A program made the position numbers and the translations under genes. Below the pieces are notes generated by a model. That model saw nothing but the letters and a program-made list of their open reading frames with translations, had not been told where the DNA came from and did no database searches. A stretch of 8,908 nt of DNA, counting the filler, from Alphaproteobacteria bacterium (lineage in GTDB: Bacteria > Pseudomonadota > Alphaproteobacteria > Caedimonadales > UBA9215), in the NCBI GenBank assembly GCA_024280495.1. It is 2 parts of 2 records of this genome, joined end to end, with 100 filler letters (N's around TTAATTAATTAA, not from the genome) between each part and the next. Parts side by side here need not be neighbours in the genome. Positions count along the whole stretch, not along the records: positions 1 to 4,078 come from JAJRPZ010000073.1; positions 4,179 to 8,908 come from JAJRPZ010000004.1. One strand, 5' to 3'. Positions 1 to 7,369 of the stretch are shown here, in pieces (position 1 is the stretch's first letter; each line of letters opens with the position of its first letter).

Positions 1-131
1 GCATGCAACGCATTGATGAGATGATGAGAAAAAAGGATGAGGATTATCTTGAAGAGGAAGTTGTTGAGTCGCCTATTACGCAGCAATTAGCCGAGTTGGA
101 GCTTGCATTTGGCAGAGCCAAGCGCGCTTAA
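1..131 (+). CDS. rcdA: 3' end of a second rcdA copy (5' part lies outside the window or is absent)
   Basis: The frame starting at base 3 reads MQRIDEMMRKKDEDYLEEEVVESPITQQLAELELAFGRAKRA* (TAA 129-131), identical to the C-terminus of the 390..947 protein. It cannot be seen whether this copy is complete. Confidence 0.7.
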   Translation, partial: MQRIDEMMRKKDEDYLEEEVVESPITQQLAELELAFGRAKRA

Positions 132-150
132 GCTAAAACCATTTAATCCG

Positions 151-210
151 AAAAACGAACAAAAAAAGAGGAAAGATTTAAATATCTTTCCTCTTTTTTT
201 GTTCATTTTT
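151..210. terminator. Bidirectional intrinsic terminator
   Basis: Perfect 21-bp inverted repeat GAACAAAAAAAGAGGAAAGAT (157-177) / ATCTTTCCTCTTTTTTTGTTC (184-204) with a 6-nt loop and A7/T7 tracts, giving a U-tract on either strand. It lies between two convergent stop codons. Confidence 0.85.
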
Positions 211-216
211 GAATAT

Positions 217-377
217 TATACTCATGTTACTCGTAAACCCGAAAAATTGAAGTGAGAAATTTTGTTGCCTGAAAAGGCGCGCTCTTTGCAGCAATGCGAG
301 CATTGTAAGAAGAGCGGAACGCAATCAAGCAATAAAAGGGCTTGCTGAAATGCGGGTTTCTGGGTGAGATGAGTATA
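217..377. mobile_element. MITE-like palindromic element (ERIC/RPE-like architecture)
   Basis: Ends TATACTCAT (217-225) / ATGAGTATA (369-377). The imperfect inverted repeat continues to AAACCCG (235-241) / CGGGTTT (353-359). Nested inner stems are 260-272/325-337, 280-286/310-316 and 291-296/301-306. TATAC...GTATA termini are characteristic of ERIC-type elements. Only one copy is visible in the window. Confidence 0.65.
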
Positions 378-389
378 AATCACTTTAGC

Positions 390-947
390 TTAAGCGCGCT
401 TCGCTCTGCCAAATGCAAGCTCCAACTCGGCTAATTGCTGCGTAATAGGCGACTCAACAACCTCCTCTTCAAGATAATCCTCATCCTTTTTTCTCATCAT
501 CTCATCAATGCGTTGCATGCGTTGATGAAAAGAAAAACTTTTGGTTACAAGTTTTCTCAAAGTCTCTGGTAATTCATCAAAAGACTCAACTTTTTGAACA
601 GGCTTGCTGCTATAAATATTGAGCTTTTCCTCTTCTTTATCAGCTTGTTCAATCGTCATTTCGCCATCATTAAGCGCACGCTTAATAAGAAGCCAAGACG
701 CAACTTGCATAAGACGTGTCGTTAATCTCATGCTCTCTGTCGCATAAGCAAAACTCAAATTACCATCAAGTTCTTTCGACTCTTGACGACCAGAACTATC
801 CAGATAAGACGAAGCCTCTTCAACAAGCGCCATACCTTCTTGGAAAACAGCCTGAAACTGCGCAGAACGCATAAACTTCTCCGCAAACGAAATTGGGACA
901 GCGCTCAAGCTTACAGGCTTCTTATCTAATCCAGAATGATTGCTCAT
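390..947 (-). CDS. rcdA: Regulator of CtrA degradation RcdA (DUF1465 family ClpXP adaptor), ~185 aa
   Basis: Family motifs F..VFQEGMALVEEASSYLD..GR, YATESMRLTTRLMQVASWLL..RA...GEMT, LPE.LR.LV..S and the C-terminal QLA.L..AFG. ATG at 947 (MSNHS) is preferred over the ORF-track start at 971. Confidence 0.92.
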   Translation of the reverse strand: MSNHSGLDKKPVSLSAVPISFAEKFMRSAQFQAVFQEGMALVEEASSYLDSSGRQESKELDGNLSFAYATESMRLTTRLMQVASWLLIKRALNDGEMTIEQADKEEEKLNIYSSKPVQKVESFDELPETLRKLVTKSFSFHQRMQRIDEMMRKKDEDYLEEEVVESPITQQLAELELAFGRAKRA

Positions 948-1134
948 CAAATTTTTCCAATCTAGCAGCAAAACTATAATAATTTACGTTCATTGAGAAC
1001 TATAACACAAAGATATTCCAACCAAAATGTTATCTCATACGAACCTTATCAAAGATAGCTAATGACCGCATTAATATTAATTTTAGACGCTTCCTAAAAA
1101 ACGCCTCAACACCTTATCTCTCTGGCGTCATTAT

Positions 1135-1210
1135 GATTCGCCTTTAAGATAACCTTATAAGGGGTCAAATTCTAGGAAATATCATGGCCAAAAAATGCTA
1201 AAATGGTTAA
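1135..1210 (-). promoter_or_regulatory. Candidate cell-cycle regulatory sites upstream of rcdA (CtrA-like box, GANTC, CtrA half-site)
   Basis: The - strand reads ATAA-N7-TTAA at 1144-1158 (one mismatch to TTAA-N7-TTAA), next to GATTC at 1135-1139, and TTAACCAT at 1203-1210. These are short motifs in AT-rich DNA and may be chance matches. Confidence 0.35.
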
Positions 1211-1231
1211 CTGCTTATCCATTGATCTTTT

Positions 1232-1290
1232 GAAAAATGCACACTCCACTCCCCGGCCACATTCAGAAAGGTTTGCAAGCAGAGTGTACA
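1232..1290 (-). terminator. Possible terminator or stem-loop downstream of the 132-aa gene
   Basis: On the - strand TGTACACTCTGCTT pairs (with G-U) with GAGTGGAGTGTGCA, followed by TTTTT. The loop is unusually large (~25 nt). Confidence 0.4.
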
Positions 1291-1301
1291 AGCTTTAAAA
1301 A

Positions 1302-1700
1302 CTATCTCTTCATATATAGTCTACCAGAACCATGACCATCTACATGAATATGCATCGTATGGCTGTTGCGGCGAATATTGCGAAACTGAGATATACCTTC
1401 ATATAAGCCATCACTTGAACGCCACTTTGCCCACATTTTGCGCGCACCTCTCACGCGTCCCGAGGAACTTACAGCACCACTAGAATTCCCACATTTTGCC
1501 GAAATACTACGACCACTAATGGTAACATCACAACGAGAACGCTGCCCCTTGACCTTGCCATACCCAACCCATGATCCCTGCAATTTCGTCAAATTACTTG
1601 ATGCTTTTCTACTTTTAGATTCAGCAACTGTGACATTAAGAACTAAAGAACAAATAACAATAAAACCCGCAAAAACACTCTTTACACTTCTTATATACAT
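1302..1700 (-). CDS. Small secreted basic hypothetical protein, 132 aa
   Basis: N-terminal signal peptide (VTVA/AES cleavage region), an LQGSWVGYGKV beta-strand motif, two Cys in the mature part and an alternating beta-strand pattern. Confidence 0.75.
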   Translation of the reverse strand: MYIRSVKSVFAGFIVICSLVLNVTVAESKSRKASSNLTKLQGSWVGYGKVKGQRSRCDVTISGRSISAKCGNSSGAVSSSGRVRGARKMWAKWRSSDGLYEGISQFRNIRRNSHTMHIHVDGHGSGRLYMKR

Positions 1701-1780
1701 AGTAATACAAACGCTCTCTATATAATAGAATTAAAATAAATACGAATACTACAAATATACTCTAACACCTTTCCAATCAA

Positions 1781-1822
1781 ATAAAAAATAAAAAAACCGC
1801 TTCAGAATAAACTGAAACGGTT
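1781..1822 (-). terminator. Intrinsic terminator of the 126-aa gene
   Basis: - strand stem AACCGTTTCAG / CTGAAGCGGTT (1812-1822 / 1795-1805, one G-U pair) followed by a long T run, 38 bp past the stop codon. Confidence 0.8.
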
Positions 1823-1859
1823 GATTATATCTCTCACACACTCCTTAAAGGCACACACG

Positions 1860-2240
1860 CTAGTTCATTTTAACAAAAGTTTTCTTTTGCTTTCCGTTCT
1901 TCTTATTCTTTATCCGAACTTTAAAAGAAAGGCTGCTCTTCGTACGTCTTACACGAGAGGCATATAACCTAAACTTCCCTTTTCGACCTGGGCTTAATTT
2001 TGTTCTGTGCCGCACATTAAACGTATACTTTCCAGCCCCTCGTATAGAGCAAGTCACTTTTGTTTTTTGCTTCTTACGTTTAGGGTTAATGTTCGCCGTA
2101 CATATCCCGCTTTTTTTCCCTACCTTAATTGCTCCTCTTATGCCTTTAGCCGAAGCCTGACTGATTTGCAGACTAAGAAAAAACATCGGCACAAGTGCAA
2201 TTGCGAGGCCTTTCATCATTTTTCTAACATTCATTTTCAT
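1860..2240 (-). CDS. Small secreted, extremely basic hypothetical protein, 126 aa
   Basis: AAAGGA ribosome-binding site at 2250-2255, signal peptide ending in ASA, two Cys, no Asp or Glu, and a downstream terminator. Confidence 0.8.
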   Translation of the reverse strand: MKMNVRKMMKGLAIALVPMFFLSLQISQASAKGIRGAIKVGKKSGICTANINPKRKKQKTKVTCSIRGAGKYTFNVRHRTKLSPGRKGKFRLYASRVRRTKSSLSFKVRIKNKKNGKQKKTFVKMN

Positions 2241-2279
2241 TATCTTAAATCCTTTATACTTACAAAACTATACGCCTTG

Positions 2280-4078
2280 TTAAGACGAACTAACTTCCCC
2301 AGACCTGCCCTTTGAATAGGCAAGTAATATAATGGCTGGCAATATAATCAGATCACATACCAGTGCAGCAAATAAAGTTGCAATATTCAATTCACCAAAT
2401 TGCCGCGTCACAGGCAATTCACTTAAGACCGTAACAGCCAAACCAAATATCAAAATCAACGTACTCAAAATCAAAACAGGCCCAATCCTCAACAAAGTCT
2501 GACTGACAATGGTTTGGATATCAACACCTGCTTCTTGTTCTCTTCGAAAACGGTTCATAAAATGAATCGTGTCATCAACCGCCAAACCAAATGAAACCGT
2601 CAAAGCCATAACACTTGCATATTGCAACCCATAATCTATAAAGTAAACATAAGTTCCAACAGTTACAATAGGAAATAAATTAGGAATTATACTTAACAAG
2701 GTGATAGACAACGATCTAAAGGCAACCCCAATCAAAAGAATAACAATTGCAACCGCTGTTAATAAGCTCCATTTCAATTGCGTAATCATCACGGGACTTT
2801 GCATACCTGACACGGTTGGCAAACCAGAAATTGTAAAAACATAGGAAGGGTATTCCGCTTTCAAAACATTCAGCTTTGTCGTGAGTTCATCAATAATTTT
2901 ATGGGTTTTACTCGCTTCTAAATTAACAATATGTCCTGTGACAAGGGCTGTGTTTTTTGCGACATTATGAAATTTATCCTCAATATGAGAAGGCCATTCC
3001 CCTAAATAATCAACCAAATCTTTAATTTCAGTCTTACCTTCACTTGCCAGCCATTTACGTACTTTATCTAAGGAAGACACCGCGTTCACTTCAGGATGTT
3101 CTAATAAAATATGATGCACTTTTTCAATCACATCTAATACTTCTGGCGTGGAATATTTTTTACTTTTATCCCAGTTCACCAGGACATTTAAAGAATAAGC
3201 CCCACCAAATTCAGCATCAATTTTCTCAGCGACCTGCAAAACACTTTTATTTTGCGGCATTTGCTCCGATAAAATATAGCGCGGCTCAAGTTGGAGATGA
3301 AACCATGTAAACACCCCAGCCAATACAATGCCAAGGATCGCAATTGACCTGTAAAAACGCATCACAGGCTTTTCAATAACCTTACAGATAAAATCAAGTG
3401 AAGCAAAAGCCCCTTCACTTTCACCCTCTTCAGCAACAAAAACGCTTTCATCGCGCACCCAAAGAATAGTTGAAGCAGGCACAACGATGATAACCGCAAA
3501 AAAGGCCATCAACGTCCCAACACCTGCGGCAAAACCAAAAGAGCGAATAACCTCAGAATCGGCAAGCATGAGAGAAAACATTGCAATTGAGGTCGTTAAG
3601 GTCGTCAATACACAAGCAGGACCAATATTTAAAATTGCTTCTTTCGCAGCCTCATATTTTGACTTTCCCGCCCTTAAATGCCTTCGAATAGAAAACACCA
3701 TGTGCAAACTATCCGAGAAGGTAATCACCAGAAGCAGAGGTGGAATAACATTCACAAAACTGTTGAGATTAAGACCTGTCCAGCCGATAAAACCCATCGC
3801 CCATAAAACAGCAACCAAAGGTCCTGACGAGGTGATGACAATTAAATCCATCCGCCGAAAGAAAAACATGCAAATCAAACTACCAATCAGAAACCCGCCA
3901 ACATTAAAAACCAAACGGTCACTTAAGATAGATTCGTAAATTTCCTTTTGGATCGCAGATTCCCCTGCAATCCCTGTCTTATAGCCCTTAGATTTAAAAT
4001 GAATCTTAATTTGCTCTTCAAGCGCATCAATAACCTCATAAGTTCTCTTTTTATCTAAGGTTTCTTGTGTCAGACTTA
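2280..4078 (-). CDS. MMPL/RND-superfamily transporter, 5'-truncated by the contig end
   Basis: Two sets of transmembrane helices separated by a periplasmic domain, with motifs ITFSDSLH and FGLAVDDTIH. The frame stays open upstream of 3914 to the gap (...IDALEEQIKIHFKSKGYKTGIAGESAIQKEIYESILSDRLVFN), so 3914 is not the true start. Confidence 0.9.
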
Positions 4079-4178
4079 NNNNNNNNNNNNNNNNNNNNNN
4101 NNNNNNNNNNNNNNNNNNNNNNTTAATTAATTAANNNNNNNNNNNNNNNNNNNNNNNNNNNNNNNNNNNNNNNNNNNN
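4079..4178. other. Artificial contig-joining spacer
   Basis: 44 N + TTAATTAATTAA (4123-4134, palindromic, stop codons in all six frames) + 44 N, exactly 100 bp. Confidence 0.97.
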
Positions 4179-4232
4179 AGTGTGTGAGTTTGTCCCATTC
4201 CTGGGCTTAAAGGCAGTGCGGTCAGTAGTCAT
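4179..4232 (-). CDS. Possible 5' end of a gene cut by the contig end
   Basis: GGAG (4239-4242) lies 6 nt before ATG 4232. The frame reads MTTDRTAFKPRNGTNSHT and is open into the gap. Too short to identify. Confidence 0.4.
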
Positions 4233-4322
4233 TGAAATCTCCATTGTTTAATCAATAGAGATCAACTTACACAATTCAAAATACTAAAAAAAGATGGGGT
4301 TCATGAGCCTGTTACACTTATC

Positions 4323-5111
4323 TTAGTTTATTTTGGCAGAGAGGCGTTCTTCTTCTTCCTGAGCATTAAGTAATTGAGCGAACAAACGATCGCATTTTTC
4401 TTTTTCAATCTTCAATTCAAATAAAACATGACGTGCATCTTTAATGGCAATCAAACGCTTTGAACGACTTGATATAGTTTCATTTATGTCTGCACCAAAA
4501 TAAAGGGGGGTATCTACCAATGCTCTCAATTCATGGCCCTGATCATTTAACGCATCCAACTTTTGTTTCGAATTATTATAAGTTAATCCTATTTCCTTGA
4601 CCTTTATCTGCTGTATTTTTACAGCAGCAGAAGCCCTTCTTAAATCTTCAACTCTCTTGGCTTCTGTTTTTGCAACAGCTGTTTTTCTCAACGCGGCAGC
4701 TTTCACCTCAGCATCACGGGTTTGTTGTGCAATAAAATTTTCTTTTTCTGCTTTTTTACGTAGTTGATATAGTTTTTCTTCTACCGTTATTGCTTTCATT
4801 TCAGATGTGCGTTTTTTGGCTGCACGGGCACGCGCCTCGAGATCAGCCGCAGCTTTAATATCATCTGTGGATTCATTTATAACGGCACTAACACGTATCT
4901 CTGCTTTTCCTGAATCTAAAGTTTCATAACCACCTATGGCCAATCTTGCTATTTCTTTTGCACGAGGCAAGGGAACGCCTCTTTTAACTTGCTCGGCCTC
5001 AATACAAAATTCAAAAGGATTGGTTCCCAAAGATGAAAAAGAAATAAAAAGGAGGAATAAGAAAGTTAATCTGCCTTCAAAAAAATATTTTATATGCTTG
5101 TTACTTGTCAT
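4323..5111 (-). CDS. Hypothetical protein with signal peptide or N-terminal anchor and long coiled-coil region, 262 aa
   Basis: Hydrophobic N-terminal segment LTFLFLLFISFSSLG followed by A/E/K/R-rich helical sequence. No family recognised. Confidence 0.75.
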   Translation of the reverse strand: MTSNKHIKYFFEGRLTFLFLLFISFSSLGTNPFEFCIEAEQVKRGVPLPRAKEIARLAIGGYETLDSGKAEIRVSAVINESTDDIKAAADLEARARAAKKRTSEMKAITVEEKLYQLRKKAEKENFIAQQTRDAEVKAAALRKTAVAKTEAKRVEDLRRASAAVKIQQIKVKEIGLTYNNSKQKLDALNDQGHELRALVDTPLYFGADINETISSRSKRLIAIKDARHVLFELKIEKEKCDRLFAQLLNAQEEEERLSAKIN

Positions 5112-5272
5112 AATAATATTGATCCCATCAAATATTTTAAATTACACACAATATAACTAATAGATGTTTTATCCTAGAGTCAAGATCAATTTCAAACTTT
5201 ATATTGACTCTCGATTCTTTATTGCTTACCACTATTCTATATAATGTGTTGTATAATCCTACGGAGAACTTT

Positions 5273-6088
5273 ATGAACGACCTATTTAAGAGTGCCCTTA
5301 CTGCTTTTTCAATAGTATTAACACTTAATTCAACGGTTGATGCAAAAATTCTAAAACAAAAAATACAGAACACTCAAATCACAACAGGAACATATGCAGG
5401 AATCCATGCAGGTTCCACTGAAACACAATTGACTAATAAAGAATCTTTCTTCTTTGAATCTGCCCTGATGTTATTTCCAACAGGGCTTTTCAATGGAAAC
5501 ACTGGTAACTCTCCCCTTATAGACACTGAAAAAAGAGGAAGTGCAGTGTTTGGAGTAACTTTTGGTGCTCGTCATATTACATCAAATAATATTGCAATTG
5601 GTATTGAAATTGATATATCTAAAATAAATCAAACTTTACTCTCTAATAACCAAATAGACCTTAGGCTTATGACTGCCGTTGGAGCATTTCGCCCCTCAAC
5701 CACAACCTTAAAGCATAAACTCTCAATTATCCCCAAAATTTTTATTGGTTATCGTATAACCCCTCAATATTTATTAATGGCAAAGGTTGGTGCTAACCTT
5801 TCTTATTTTGAGCTTAAAAACACTCTCCAAACGTTACCAACTGCCCCCAACACAAAAGCAGATAGCGCACACGATTTTAGTAAAATTGGCATAACATTTG
5901 GGCTTGCTATAGAACATGCTATCAACAATGCAATTTCCATAGTGGGTGACGCTTCTTACACCTATTTTAGGGAAATGTCTGTAACTCATACCAATCCCAC
6001 AAATAATTTTATAAATGATGCTACCCACACGGCGCGTATCAAGCCACGTTTTATCACGGCCAAAATTGGTGTGATTTATAAATTCTAG
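5273..6088 (+). CDS. Outer-membrane beta-barrel protein (Omp25/OmpA-like 8-stranded type), 271 aa
   Basis: GGAG at 5263-5266 precedes ATG 5273. Signal peptide ending in VDA, amphipathic strands (GTYAGIHAG, IAIGIEID, IFIGY, GITFGLAIEHAI) and a C-terminal beta signal KIGVIYKF ending in Phe. Confidence 0.88.
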   Translation: MNDLFKSALTAFSIVLTLNSTVDAKILKQKIQNTQITTGTYAGIHAGSTETQLTNKESFFFESALMLFPTGLFNGNTGNSPLIDTEKRGSAVFGVTFGARHITSNNIAIGIEIDISKINQTLLSNNQIDLRLMTAVGAFRPSTTTLKHKLSIIPKIFIGYRITPQYLLMAKVGANLSYFELKNTLQTLPTAPNTKADSAHDFSKIGITFGLAIEHAINNAISIVGDASYTYFREMSVTHTNPTNNFINDATHTARIKPRFITAKIGVIYKF

Positions 6089-6177
6089 AAAATAATACAA
6101 TAATAAAGCCGTGGAATAATTGACGATCTCTGAAACTTTTTGGAACGAGTATACCTTGGCGATTGCTGAGGTTTTGT

Positions 6178-7175
6178 TTAAAAACAATGTTTTTTCAAGG
6201 GGGAAAAAAAACCCTCGACGGAAGATTCCCGAATTGGAAGATCAAAATTCTGCATGACAAATCGATCAATACCATTATAAATACGATTCAAAACGGGTGG
6301 TTGCTCTGCCAAAAGTTGATGTCTTGTGCCCTCAATAATTTCCAATTCACTTTTTGAAAGCCAATTTGTTATTTTTTCAAGTCGACAATTATCAACAACC
6401 ATCTCCTCATCAGCAACATAAATCTTAATGGGAACGTCAATACGAGATAGGAATTTAGGAGAATTTAATATCTTAACTGACTCAAGGGTCGCCTTGATCC
6501 AACCATAAGTTACACCGCCCACAACGATATCAGGATTTTCAATTTGAAGATGGCGATGATAATAAAATAGTTCCTGATTATGAGTAAGCATATTGCCTTC
6601 AAAGGGTTGGGTCACTGGATTATATTTTTCCTGTTGAAAAAGATATGTTTTTCCAAAACCAAGCCATGTCATAAAATTTGATAGCCAGCTTGCTGCGCGT
6701 CTCGAGTAAACCCCTGTTTTAATATCTAACATTGGCGCAGTTAAAATTGCGCCATCAACAACACCAGGATTCTCTGCCATATATCGCAGAGCCAAATGCC
6801 CCCCCATAGATTGCCCTAATATCACAATTGGGCGGTTTACATAATCAGTCTTGAGAAATGTCCGAATAAAAAGATCGAGGTCATTTAAATAGGTTTCATA
6901 GGAATCAATATAGCCTCGTCGGCCGATTTCACGGGTTGAAAGCCCCTGCCCTCGCCAATCAAACCCCCAAATAGTGTAACCTCGTTCCTGCAAAGCTTCG
7001 ACGACATTATCAAAGGTTTCAAGAGAGGTTGCTCGTCCTGGAAGGATCAATATAGTAGGTTTAATATTAGAGGTCGTAGTCGGTTTCCACCAACAATAGC
7101 GCAACAGAGTTCCATCGGGTGTTTTCAAATAACGATCTCTGGAAGGAGGATTCTTTGAACGCTGTCTAATGACAT
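6178..7175 (-). CDS. Alpha/beta hydrolase, lysophospholipase L2 (PldB)-like; start uncertain (7175 with frameshift, 7170 ATT, or 7128 TTG)
   Basis: Motifs ILPGR, FDWRGQGLS, nucleophile elbow GQSMGG, LTAPML, acid in ADEEMVVDN and His in GTRHQLLAE. Confidence 0.9.
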
Positions 7176-7369
7176 ATTCCTCCTATTTTTTTTTATTATT
7201 ATATCAACTTTATCAATGAAAGACAAAAAAAGGGTTAAATTTGAAAATTTTCATTGCTGCCTTAAGAATTTCTTTTTAAGAGTTCGAATGGATTTATAAG
7301 TCTTTCTCTGGGCCTCTTCTCAAGAGTTTGATATCCTAAATATAATAAAAAAATAACAGAGGAACTAAA

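Larger units (their letters stand above)
1..520. repeat. Long inverted repeat: arms 1-137 and 384-520, 246-bp spacer
   Basis: Base i pairs with base 521-i for i=1..137, with two mismatches (59/462 and 119/402). The left arm runs off the window edge. Confidence 0.97.

Noticed and set aside
1070..1081. 12-bp palindrome ATTAATATTAAT
   Set aside because: It is all A/T in AT-rich DNA and expected by chance.
1438..3939. + strand ORFs 1438..1725, 2007..2315, 3044..3310 and 3487..3939
   Set aside because: They are antisense shadows of better-supported - strand genes and have no recognisable motifs.
4123..4134. TTAATTAATTAA palindrome as a biological site
   Set aside because: It is centred in symmetric N runs and is a synthetic six-frame stop linker.
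4179..4232. Short ORF start as the missing N-terminus of the MMPL gene
   Set aside because: The spacer is artificial, the MMPL gene lacks far more than 100 bp, and nothing links the two contigs.
5204..5272. TTG start at 5204 for the OMP, and a sigma70 promoter from TTGACT (5204) plus TATAAT (5240, 5252)
   Set aside because: ATG 5273 has the RBS and puts the signal peptide at the N-terminus. The -35/-10 spacing (30 bp or more) does not fit.
4936..6357. ORFs 4936..5160, 5137..5373, 5834..6187 and 6163..6357
   Set aside because: They overlap real genes on the opposite strand and show no family features.
6345..6420. Glu rather than Asp at the hydrolase catalytic acid position
   Set aside because: A Glu-rich equivalent segment is normal in PldB-type enzymes, so it is not evidence of inactivation.
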